Below, in pieces: positions 53,464 to 62,413 of a DNA stretch of 64,000 nt. The translations under genes were made by a program, and so were the position numbers. The DNA comes from Syntrophorhabdales bacterium. Its GTDB lineage: Bacteria; Desulfobacterota; Syntrophorhabdia; Syntrophorhabdales; WCHB1-27. The first letter of the stretch is position 1; every line of letters begins with the position of its first letter. The notes under the pieces were generated by a model, which worked only from the letters and a program-made list of their open reading frames with translations, did no database searches and had not been told where the DNA came from. The stretch covers positions 14,202 to 78,201 of the forward strand of contig DATFYE010000113.1 of the NCBI GenBank assembly GCA_035315185.1, in the 5' to 3' direction.

Positions 53464-55428
53464 CTATTCCTGTAAAAGCTTATGCAATAAGTCTACAACT
53501 TTCCCGCTCTTATCGAACCTGAGCACATAGCAGGGAACCTCTCGCGCTATACCGCCGATCAGCGGTAATGTTTTTTCCCACCAATCGACCGTGACAAGAG
53601 GTCTAATTAAGCAACTCAACAGCCTCCTGGTAATGTCTTTCTTATTCTTTAATAGTATAAGCCGGTTCTGTTCTGATTTTTCCAGAAACATAACCGCTTT
53701 TAGAAACGCGGAGCTCGCCGATATATCCGGCACGTCGCCGTTGCTCCAGGTGCCGTAGATCTTAACGCCCTCGGGGCGCTGGCGCACAATTATCCTGTCA
53801 TCGCAGAGGATTTCGGCTTTGCCTTGTAACATAGTTGCCATGGTGGATTTGCCCGCCTCGGGATGTCCTGCGAAAAGCAGCCCTTTACCTCCAAAATTCA
53901 CGCCGCAGGAATGCAAGAAGCAGCCTTGCCTGTCGGCTAAAATACGCGCCAGAAGAATCTGGTCAGTGGGAAAAAGTGTTAAAGAATGCAATCCGCCTTC
54001 CAGAAATGTCTCTTCCTTTTCGTTGTAAATCATCGCCCTCGTATGGCCGGAGTCAAAAACTGCCACCGTATGAAGGCTCTTATCCGTCCATTCCGGAGAG
54101 AGTCCCAGATATATCCAGGAATCATCCTTTTTGTAAATCGCCCAGGGCGGTTTTCGATAAACCTCCTTGCCTAAATTGTTGTCATCCAAATCCGGAAGCG
54201 AGAAATGGTGGCTTATAGCAATAATATCTTCACCAGGGTCTTTGACTTCAAATTTTTTGAATTTAGAATCAAAAGTATCTTCAGTTATGGGTAGATCAGA
54301 ATCAACCCGCACCGTAATATCAGCTATTCCATAGTAACGCCTATGCTTCCTTAGCCAATCTTCCTTAAACCTTTTAGTCTCCTTTGCTACAGCGCAAAGA
54401 TAATTCACTCTGGCGCCGAATCTGCGATGCTCTAAATAACCATAAGCAACGCACCAGCGGCAATGATTCTGTAGATCGCAAGATTCACAATTCTCCTTGT
54501 ATTCTTTTGTGGTTCTAACTCTTCTGGACAGGGAAGGGATAAACTCTTCCCAGCACTGTCTGAACGTTCCCTTTCTTAAATCATAGCGGAGTTGCGGATC
54601 TTTAATAAAGCAGCAAAATGTAGCCTTGCCGTAAGGGTCGATATGAAAATCGCGCCCTGCGGCCACGCAGGAGCTAAAAAAGTGGCTGCTATTCCCTCTA
54701 TAGCAATGTACATTCTTTTCTTCTTTGTCGAGCCAATCTTCATACGACAAATCGGGCTCATCAAGTTCCACCACCTGTTTGGGCGGAAGCCTTTGCCTGA
54801 GTATTTCCCGATTTATTCCCGGATCACCGGAGGAAGAAAGATAGAGCCATGGCGCGCCCACCCTGTAATGTTTGCTCAATGACTGGGCCAACTCAACCAT
54901 TTTGTTCCACTGATGGTAATTGTCCTTCATCGGGATAAGCTGGACCGTAAAGCCCGCCTCTGCGTCTTTCAGGTATCTAAGCCCCCCCATGGTGGCTTCA
55001 AAGGAACCGGGATTACGGGTGATATGGTCATGGACATCCGCGGTAGCTCCGCAGAGAGCGACCATCTTAGTTCCTTTTCGTTTCATCAGCCGCGCAATGT
55101 TAGGTGTAATCAGCGTGCCGTTAGTGTTAATGGAATACGATACGGAATGAGCCGTAATATAATCAAATATGTCGGTAAAATCGGGACGAAGCATCGGCTC
55201 ACCGCCGGATATGCTCCACCTTTGACAACCTAATTGCCTGGCGTTTTCCACTATAGTATTGATCTCCTCAATGGTAAGTTCGTCTTCTTTTTCTTTGGCA
55301 TCTGCTGGTATCCTGAGCCAGCAGTGTCTGCAGTTATTGTTACAGCGGTAGGTAAGGTCGATACTGCCGTTTAACGGGAGGCGCGGTGACGTATCGATTC
55401 TTTTAACGGTAAGGTAGGTTTGTTGCAT
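53464..55428 (-). CDS. Radical SAM/SPASM enzyme fused to a C-terminal HPr-kinase-like P-loop domain
   Basis: TYRCNNNCRHCW and NCESCDLQNHCRWC in the first ~350 aa. C-terminus: LHSCGVNFGGKGLLFAGHPEAGKSTMATML...ILCDDRIIV (HprK C-terminal-domain-like Walker A plus DD). Confidence 0.75.
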   Translation of the reverse strand: MQQTYLTVKRIDTSPRLPLNGSIDLTYRCNNNCRHCWLRIPADAKEKEDELTIEEINTIVENARQLGCQRWSISGGEPMLRPDFTDIFDYITAHSVSYSINTNGTLITPNIARLMKRKGTKMVALCGATADVHDHITRNPGSFEATMGGLRYLKDAEAGFTVQLIPMKDNYHQWNKMVELAQSLSKHYRVGAPWLYLSSSGDPGINREILRQRLPPKQVVELDEPDLSYEDWLDKEEKNVHCYRGNSSHFFSSCVAAGRDFHIDPYGKATFCCFIKDPQLRYDLRKGTFRQCWEEFIPSLSRRVRTTKEYKENCESCDLQNHCRWCVAYGYLEHRRFGARVNYLCAVAKETKRFKEDWLRKHRRYYGIADITVRVDSDLPITEDTFDSKFKKFEVKDPGEDIIAISHHFSLPDLDDNNLGKEVYRKPPWAIYKKDDSWIYLGLSPEWTDKSLHTVAVFDSGHTRAMIYNEKEETFLEGGLHSLTLFPTDQILLARILADRQGCFLHSCGVNFGGKGLLFAGHPEAGKSTMATMLQGKAEILCDDRIIVRQRPEGVKIYGTWSNGDVPDISASSAFLKAVMFLEKSEQNRLILLKNKKDITRRLLSCLIRPLVTVDWWEKTLPLIGGIAREVPCYVLRFDKSGKVVDLLHKLLQE

Positions 55429-55531
55429 ATGCTTTATGCCTGTAATTCCGGAACAAAGAACTTATCAAGTACATAGAGTGTTGCCGCTCCCTCAGCTTCC
55501 GAATTCAACTACATAGGCCTCTTCGCCCGTA

Positions 55532-55741
55532 TTAAATATCATTTTTATCAAAACCAGAGGCTCCATCCCTTTCAAATTGAATAAAATCTCCCATGTGTAC
55601 CTTTCTTGTCAAGGCCATTTTTTGCAATTTCTTTGCAATTATTTGCCATTTTTCAGTTAAGCCCTCTATATAATCTATGTACACATCATCCACGTCGTAA
55701 TCTGAAAATGCGGGAAACGGCTCGTCAGCTGCCCGCTCCAT
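55532..55741 (-). CDS. Hypothetical acidic 69-aa protein within the maturase operon
   Basis: ORF only. MERAADEPFPAFSDYDVDDVYIDYIEGL... No Cys. Confidence 0.35.
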   Translation of the reverse strand: MERAADEPFPAFSDYDVDDVYIDYIEGLTEKWQIIAKKLQKMALTRKVHMGDFIQFERDGASGFDKNDI

Positions 55742-56297
55742 GAAATGAAACGAATAGTGACGTCATTATGGAACGGATGGGGCGAAGCAGTATCAGTGCA
55801 ACACGAACGATCGGAATCATCAAGTCCTTTCGTGCCAGCAAGGCTATGAAAAATCTCTCAGGACCCAGGCCAATGATAACCCTCTTGCGACCCCTTTCCA
55901 CCCTCGTGACCAACCCCAGGACGTTTGCCGCGGGGACCGGACCGTCTCCAGCTCCTGTGTCATCCCCTTTCATGAAATAAGAATTTGGCTCCGTCCTGAT
56001 TACCCGGTGTATCACGAGTTTTTCTATTTCCCTTTGAGTAAACGCCACCACATCACCGACACGTGGCGAAGCCTTGCCCAGAGGTGAAACAGTGATCACG
56101 TCGCCATCCTTAATGAAAGGGTACATGCTAAATCCTCCGGCCCGGAACCTCAACGCCACTCCCTTGGCCAGTGTCGCTCGCAGGAGTTCAATGAATGGTG
56201 GCCCTGTCAAGGACAACTCATTTCCTCCCGGCCGGGACACGCCGGAACCCGTTGGGCATTCCGCAATCATCCTTGTTTTCAGAAATCCCTCTATCAT
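55725..56297 (-). CDS. S24/S26-family (signal-peptidase-I-like) serine peptidase, copy 2
   Basis: GGFSMYPFIKDGDVITV...RVGDVVAF...LVIHRV...MKGDD..AGDG, collinear with 39044..39445. The start is uncertain (56297, 56429 or 56564). Confidence 0.65.
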   Translation of the reverse strand: MIEGFLKTRMIAECPTGSGVSRPGGNELSLTGPPFIELLRATLAKGVALRFRAGGFSMYPFIKDGDVITVSPLGKASPRVGDVVAFTQREIEKLVIHRVIRTEPNSYFMKGDDTGAGDGPVPAANVLGLVTRVERGRKRVIIGLGPERFFIALLARKDLMIPIVRVALILLRPIRSIMTSLFVSFHGAGS

Positions 56298-56680
56298 AAA
56301 GACTGACCGGAGTTGCCCCTCCCGATTGTTGTCGCCTCTAGGCGCACGACAGCTAATGGAGGACCCACACGAGTTTGCTGCAACTTGCGTACCAGGAATA
56401 GACCCATCAACGCCAGCTGGTCCATCCATTGCGCAGAAACTACGTCCCGCCCTCCACGATGCGGGAACAAAATGACCAGGGCTGAATTTTTTCACCACCC
56501 TTTCAAAAAATATCGGTAAAGTTATACAGCAATTCCAATATGTTATGAGTATGGTACCCGGCACTCTTCTTGCTCAACTGATGGTGTCTTCTTTGGCATC
56601 TGCACTGCCTTCTCCCAACGAGGAGCGGGGGATAGCGCCGATGGACGGACTAACAAACGCCGGTTTAGGCTGGGAGGCGC

Positions 56681-57724
56681 ATGGTTTTATTCTTTGGATT
56701 TCCGCTCGTGCTTACGCTCCTCATGACCCCGTCCATCATATGGCTTGCGGGAAAATATGGGTGCATCGACCAGCCGGGAGAGAGAAGGGTCCACTGCGAT
56801 CCTACGCCGCGGTGGGGTGGCCTGGCCTTCTTCGCCGGTGTGCTTCCTATCTTTTTCTTTATCCAGCTTGACAACCGCCTGGTTTCTTACCTTGCAGCTT
56901 CCCTCCTGCTTGTAGCGGTCGGTGCGATTGACGATTGGAAACAGCTCGGTTTCACGGTCAAACTGCTCGCTATCATGGCAGCCGTCACGACAGTCGTTTT
57001 CGGCGGGGACTTGGTTGTGCGGAGCATTGGCACGTACGGCTCCTTCGGCGAGATAGAGCTCGGTTCCCTGGCGATTCCTTTCACCTACCTCTGCATCGTA
57101 GGCGTGACCAACGCGATGAACCTCATAGACGGATTGAACGGACTCGCCGGCGGTATTTCATTCATAGCATCGTTGTTCATGGCCATAGTCGCCTACCTTT
57201 CCGGGAGCCATCTGCTCGCAGGGATCTGCCTGGCGTTCGCCGGCGCAACCGGAGCATTCCTGCGCTACAACATGCTCAGTAAGGCACACATCTTCATGGG
57301 CGATTCAGGGAGCCTCTTTCTCGGGTTCTCCCTTTCGGTCTTCTCCATCATGTTGACCCAGGATTCACGATATCACGTTGAGCCCATGTTCCCGATGCTG
57401 GTGCTACTCCTGCCTATTTTCGATACGCTGAGGGTCATGGGCCTGAGAGCCTTTTCAAGAAAAAACCCCTTCGAAGCAGATACGAACCACCTCCATCACT
57501 TGCTTCTGAAGGCCGGTTTTTCTCCGAAGAAAAGCGTTATCCTGCTCTGGTCCCTCACGGCGGCCTTGGGCCTTGCCGCAACCCTGATCCACTTCAGGGG
57601 CACATCGACGCCGTACCTCATCGTGGTACTCACCGGCTCCATCTTCCTGAGTCTCTTCGCCGACTCGCTCGGGAGACGCGGCAAGAAGCGCCATTTCACC
57701 ACCCGTCTCGCTTCGCGCGACTAG
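56681..57724 (+). CDS. MraY/WecA-family polyprenyl-phosphate N-acetylhexosamine-1-phosphate transferase
   Basis: AVGAIDDWKQL, NAMNLIDGLNGLAGG, FMGDSGSLFLGF. Multi-TM. Confidence 0.85.
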   Translation: MVLFFGFPLVLTLLMTPSIIWLAGKYGCIDQPGERRVHCDPTPRWGGLAFFAGVLPIFFFIQLDNRLVSYLAASLLLVAVGAIDDWKQLGFTVKLLAIMAAVTTVVFGGDLVVRSIGTYGSFGEIELGSLAIPFTYLCIVGVTNAMNLIDGLNGLAGGISFIASLFMAIVAYLSGSHLLAGICLAFAGATGAFLRYNMLSKAHIFMGDSGSLFLGFSLSVFSIMLTQDSRYHVEPMFPMLVLLLPIFDTLRVMGLRAFSRKNPFEADTNHLHHLLLKAGFSPKKSVILLWSLTAALGLAATLIHFRGTSTPYLIVVLTGSIFLSLFADSLGRRGKKRHFTTRLASRD

Positions 57725-57827
57725 AGACACAGAGGGCACCGAGGTAAGATCTGAGAGAAAAGCGGATGAAGTAATGGGCATAATGAGCAGAAAGCGGGGG
57801 GTCCAACTCGCAACGAAGAACGAAGAA

Positions 57828-58835
57828 CTACTTTACGCTCTTCACAAAATAATCTATCGTCTTTCGCAGGCCCTCTTCCAGCGGCACTTGAGGCTGCCAG
57901 TCGAGGTATTGCCGGGCCCTGGAGATATCAGGGCACCTTCTTTTCGGATCGTCATCAGGGAGCTGCTCGAATATAATCTTGGAGCTTGAGCCGATCATCT
58001 TCACAACACGTTCGGCGAGCTCAACGACGGGCACTTCGTGTGGATTCCCTAAGTTGAGGGGGCCGGGAAAGCCCGAAAGATAGGGCCTCGTGTAATCTCT
58101 TTCCCGCGCCTGTTCTCCGGGCTCGTAATCCATCATCCGGATCATGCCTTCAACCAGATCATCTACGTAGCAGAAGGATCTGGTCTGTGAGCCGTCACCG
58201 TAAACGGTGATGCTTTGCCCGCGGATGGCCTGCATAATGAAGTTGCTGATCACCCTTCCGTCATCAGGCCGCATCCTCGGTCCATACGTGTTGAAGATGC
58301 GGATGACCTTGATATCGACCTTGTTCTGACGCAGATAATCAAAAAAGAGCGTCTCAGCAACCCGCTTGCCTTCGTCGTAGCAGCTTCTCCTGCCGATCGG
58401 GTTCACATTGCCCCAGTACTCCTCTTTCTGCGGATGCACCTCAGGGTCGCCGTAAACTTCGCTCGTCGAAGCCTGCAGCACCCTCGCCCTCACCCGTTTT
58501 GCAAGCCCGAGCATGTGGAGCGCCCCCAGCACATTGACTTTGGTTGTTTTGACCGGATTGTACTGGTAATGGATGGGACTCGCAGGGCAAGCCAGATTGA
58601 ATATCCAGTCGACTTCAAGCATCAAGGGCTGGGTGATGTCGTACGTCAGAAGTTCGAAGTTGGATCGATCCAAAAGATGGGAGATGTTCTTCTTCGTGCC
58701 CGTGAAAAAGTTGTCCAGGCAGACTACATCATGCCCGTCCAGAACGAGCCGCTCGCAGAGATGGGAGCCGATGAAGCCGGCCCCGCCGGTGACGAGAATC
58801 CGCTTCGGCTCTTTATACGCACCATACTTATACAT
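57828..58835 (-). CDS. uxs: UDP-glucuronate decarboxylase (UDP-xylose synthase)
   Basis: [32 protein letters not shown]...L and [10 protein letters not shown]. Confidence 0.85.
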   Translation of the reverse strand: MYKYGAYKEPKRILVTGGAGFIGSHLCERLVLDGHDVVCLDNFFTGTKKNISHLLDRSNFELLTYDITQPLMLEVDWIFNLACPASPIHYQYNPVKTTKVNVLGALHMLGLAKRVRARVLQASTSEVYGDPEVHPQKEEYWGNVNPIGRRSCYDEGKRVAETLFFDYLRQNKVDIKVIRIFNTYGPRMRPDDGRVISNFIMQAIRGQSITVYGDGSQTRSFCYVDDLVEGMIRMMDYEPGEQARERDYTRPYLSGFPGPLNLGNPHEVPVVELAERVVKMIGSSSKIIFEQLPDDDPKRRCPDISRARQYLDWQPQVPLEEGLRKTIDYFVKSVK

Positions 58836-60156
58836 TGGGCCGACCTATGCAAAGATAGTGAAATCCTTGCTCGGCGAGTAGCTTGGGATTGTACTGGTTT
58901 CTCCCGTCAAAGATCACGTGCGTCTTCATGAGCGACTTCATCCGGTCAAAATCAGGTTCCCTGAAGGAGAGCCACTCCGTCAGCAGAATCAGGCCTTCGG
59001 CGCCCTCGAGCACTTCGTACTGGTTCCTGCCAAAGAGTACTGCTGCGTTACCGCTGAAGATTTTGGACGCATTCTCCGACGCTTTAGGATCGTACACGTG
59101 GCAGACGGCGCCATCGGCTGTGAGCCCATCGATTATCTCAATCGCCGGCGCCTCTCGCATATCGTCAGTATTCGGCTTAAAAGCTAGACCCCATACAGCA
59201 AGCTTCTTGCCCTGAAGCTTCTCTCCGTAAAATGCACGAATTCTTTTCAGGAAGTTCAAGCGCTGGGAGCTGTTCGCCTCCATGACCTCAGAGAGTATGG
59301 AAAAATGGAAACCGGCATCCTCTGATGTTTTTATCAAAGCTCGCACATCCTTGGGGAAACAAGACCCTCCAAATCCCACGCCGGGAAAGAGAAACTTGGG
59401 GCCGATCCTCGAGTCAGAGCCCATGCCGCGCATTACTTTCATCACGTCTGCCCCTACCCTTTCGCAGACGGTTGCCATCTGATTCATGAAGGATATCCGT
59501 GTCGCGAGCATCGAATTTGCCGCATATTTTGTCATCTCGCTCGACCTTAAATCCATCACCAGAAACGGTGCACCTGTTCTGACAAAGGGTGCATAGAGTT
59601 CCCGCAGTATCTCCTCAACCCTGCTGTTCTCAACGCCGACAACCACGCGCTCAGGCTTCATGCAGTCATCCACCGCAACCCCTTCTTTCAGAAACTCAGG
59701 ATTCGAGGCGACGTCGAAGGGCACGTCAACGCCTCTCTTTTCCAACTCCAGCCGGATGGCGTCCCTCACCTTTTCGCATGTACCGACGGGTACCGTTGAC
59801 TTGACAACAATGATGCGATACTTCTCGATCGATTGCCCTATGCCTGATGCCACCTTCAAGACATACTGCAGATCGGCTGACCCATCATGATCCTGGGGAG
59901 TGTTGACGCAGACAAATATAATGAGACCATGCTGCGCGGCCTGCTCGATGTTATCGGTGAATTCAAGCCGCCCTTCCTGGATATTATTCTTGACCAGCTC
60001 CTCCAGGTGGGGCTCATAGATGGGTATCTCTGCGCGCTTCAGGCGCTCTATCTTCTCCCGGTCCACATCCATGCAGAGCACATTGTTGCCCACCTCTGCG
60101 AAGCAGACACCCGAAACAAGCCCCACATAGCCGACTCCGATGAAAGAAATCCGCAT
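58828..60156 (-). CDS. ugd: UDP-glucose 6-dehydrogenase
   Basis: [27 protein letters not shown] and the catalytic [10 protein letters not shown]. Confidence 0.9.
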   Translation of the reverse strand: MRISFIGVGYVGLVSGVCFAEVGNNVLCMDVDREKIERLKRAEIPIYEPHLEELVKNNIQEGRLEFTDNIEQAAQHGLIIFVCVNTPQDHDGSADLQYVLKVASGIGQSIEKYRIIVVKSTVPVGTCEKVRDAIRLELEKRGVDVPFDVASNPEFLKEGVAVDDCMKPERVVVGVENSRVEEILRELYAPFVRTGAPFLVMDLRSSEMTKYAANSMLATRISFMNQMATVCERVGADVMKVMRGMGSDSRIGPKFLFPGVGFGGSCFPKDVRALIKTSEDAGFHFSILSEVMEANSSQRLNFLKRIRAFYGEKLQGKKLAVWGLAFKPNTDDMREAPAIEIIDGLTADGAVCHVYDPKASENASKIFSGNAAVLFGRNQYEVLEGAEGLILLTEWLSFREPDFDRMKSLMKTHVIFDGRNQYNPKLLAEQGFHYLCIGRPNV

Positions 60157-60414
60157 GCACCCTCCTTGCTTTCTTTTGTTTTAACGTCAACCGCCTGCAA
60201 AGTCAATACCAAAACCATGTTGCGGGTTACCAGCGAAGACCCATTACTGGTTCCGAACAACTACCTGTTACGAGTTCCGCGTACAAACCTACTCTGCATA
60301 GTCAGGCGCCCCCGGCATGTTATAACAAAGTCGTTGGTTGTAACCTGTAACAGTAATATCCTGTAACACGTAGCGGAACCCGCAACCCGTAACTCGAAAC
60401 ACTTTTTGGATCAG

Positions 60415-60444
60415 GGTGGCGCAAAAACAGGTGGCGCAAAAACT
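60415..60444 (+). repeat. Tandem 15-bp direct repeat upstream of the rimP promoter
   Basis: GGTGGCGCAAAAACA GGTGGCGCAAAAACT. Confidence 0.8.
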
Positions 60445-60445
60445 C

Positions 60446-60474
60446 TTGAAAAGTGTTTAAACCTGTGATAGACT
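60446..60474 (+). promoter_or_regulatory. Candidate sigma70 promoter of rimP-nusA-infB
   Basis: TTGAAA-17 nt-TAGACT, 55 nt upstream of the rimP ATG. Confidence 0.45.
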
Positions 60475-60529
60475 TTTCGGCGTGGAAGTGGGCTCGACCC
60501 GCTTCTTTTAGTTTTAGGGACAAATTATT

Positions 60530-61006
60530 ATGGCAGAGGTCCAGCAGATCGTTGAGGAAATTACGCGTCTGGTGGAACCGGTTGTGCGGGATGAGTTCCT
60601 CGAACTCGTTGAAGTTGAGTTTCATCCCACAGGAGGGCGATGGCTTTTACGCATCTACATAGACAAGGACGGTGGGGTCACGATAGGCGACTGTGAGCGG
60701 GTAAGCAGAGAGGTTGAACGGATTCTTGACGTGGAGGATATCATTGACCATCCGTACACGCTCGAAGTCTCCTCTCCCGGCCTCACACGGGGCCTTAAAA
60801 AGAAGAGCGACTTCGAACGTTATAAGGGAAAACGATGCAGGATTATCACCTCCTCTTTCCTGGACTCCAGAAACGAGATTCAGGGAGAGATAGGTGAGGT
60901 TTCAGAAGAAGGCGTGGACATCAGGACAGAGAACGGTGTAAAAATAGATATCCGCCATATTCCGTTCTCTGCTATAAAAAAAGCGCATTTAGAATTCGAG
61001 CTGTGA
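60530..61006 (+). CDS. rimP: Ribosome maturation factor RimP
   Basis: FLELVEVEF......WLLRIYIDKDGGVTIGDCERVSRE...LEVSSPGL.R.L, immediately upstream of nusA. Confidence 0.9.
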   Translation: MAEVQQIVEEITRLVEPVVRDEFLELVEVEFHPTGGRWLLRIYIDKDGGVTIGDCERVSREVERILDVEDIIDHPYTLEVSSPGLTRGLKKKSDFERYKGKRCRIITSSFLDSRNEIQGEIGEVSEEGVDIRTENGVKIDIRHIPFSAIKKAHLEFEL

Positions 61007-61019
61007 GGGGTACGAGAGT

Positions 61020-62378
61020 ATGTATTTTGATTTGAATTACGTGATCGAACAGGTGGGCAAAGAGAAGGGCATCCCCAAGGAGATTATCGTAGAAACATTG
61101 GAGGAGGCTGTTCTTTCGGCCTCAAAGAAAAAATTCGGCAATCATCTTGAACTTGAAGCCCGGTACAACGAGGAGATGGGGGAGATAGAAATCTTTCGAT
61201 TCAAGACCGTGACCGAGAATGTGGAAGATCCGGATCTGGAGATACTACTGGAAGAGGCAAAAAAGGTCGATCCGGAATGTATGCTGGGCGATTCGATAGG
61301 CATCAAGATGGATACGTCACAGTTGGGCAGGATAGCGGCACAAACGGCGAAGCAAGTGATCATGCAAAAGGTAAGAAACGCAGAGAGCGACGTCATTTAC
61401 AATGAGTACAAGGACCGTAAAGGCACGATAGTCACCGGCATAATACAGCGGGTCGAGAAAAATCATTACGTCGTCAACCTTGGTAAGACCGAGGCAGTCC
61501 TGCCTTTCAAGGAATCGATACCTAGCGAGACCTTTAAACGACGGGACAGAGTCAAGGCCTACGTGCTCGAAGTGGAGAAGGATCAGAAGGGCTGTACCAT
61601 ACTTCTGTCAAGGACACATCCCAGTTTCCTGGTACGGCTTTTTGAGGTTGAGGTGCCTGAGATCCAGGAAGGCATTATCAAGGTGATAGGAGCTGCAAGG
61701 GAGCCTGGCGAACGAGCGAAAATATCGGTTCAGAGCGGGGATGCAAGCATCGATCCGATCGGTGCCTGCGTTGGTGTAAAAGGATCTCGAGTGCAGGCGG
61801 TTGTGCAGGAATTGCGGGGAGAAAAGATCGACATTATACCGTGGAGCAAGGACTCCGCCAAGTTTGCGTGTAATGCGCTTGCACCGGCCCGTGTTTCAAA
61901 AGTCTATATCAACGAGGAAGATACCTCGATGGAGATCGTGGTCAATGATGACCAATTATCGCTCGCCATCGGAAAGAAGGGGCAGAACGTCAGGCTGGCG
62001 TCGCGATTGACGGGTTGGAAGATAGACATAAAGAGTGAGTCCGAAGTGGAGAAAACCTCTCGCAAGGTCATTGACGACCTGATGGAAAATTTGAAGATTA
62101 ACGAGATTCTGGCGCGGGTGCTCTTTGATGAGTATCTGAGAGATGGGCGCGACATCGCGCGTCTCGCACCCGAAGAGCTGGCAAAGGTCACCAGCATATC
62201 GCCCGACGACTGCAGGGCGATAATAGATAACGCCAAAGTTTGGGCCGAAGTTATGGAGAAACAGGCTGCCGAATTGGCAGCAATGGAGTCGCAGGCTGAA
62301 CCTGCTGGAGAGGCCGAAAAAGCTGAAGGGGCCGAAGAGGCCGGTAAAACAATCACACAAGCGCCGACAGAGGATTAG
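61020..62378 (+). CDS. nusA: Transcription termination/antitermination factor NusA
   Basis: Typical NusA N-terminus, S1 ([21 protein letters not shown]) and KH ([23 protein letters not shown]) segments. Confidence 0.95.
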   Translation: MYFDLNYVIEQVGKEKGIPKEIIVETLEEAVLSASKKKFGNHLELEARYNEEMGEIEIFRFKTVTENVEDPDLEILLEEAKKVDPECMLGDSIGIKMDTSQLGRIAAQTAKQVIMQKVRNAESDVIYNEYKDRKGTIVTGIIQRVEKNHYVVNLGKTEAVLPFKESIPSETFKRRDRVKAYVLEVEKDQKGCTILLSRTHPSFLVRLFEVEVPEIQEGIIKVIGAAREPGERAKISVQSGDASIDPIGACVGVKGSRVQAVVQELRGEKIDIIPWSKDSAKFACNALAPARVSKVYINEEDTSMEIVVNDDQLSLAIGKKGQNVRLASRLTGWKIDIKSESEVEKTSRKVIDDLMENLKINEILARVLFDEYLRDGRDIARLAPEELAKVTSISPDDCRAIIDNAKVWAEVMEKQAAELAAMESQAEPAGEAEKAEGAEEAGKTITQAPTED

Positions 62379-62413
62379 TAAGGAGTACAGGGAGGACACG
62401 GAGGTTTCGCGGT

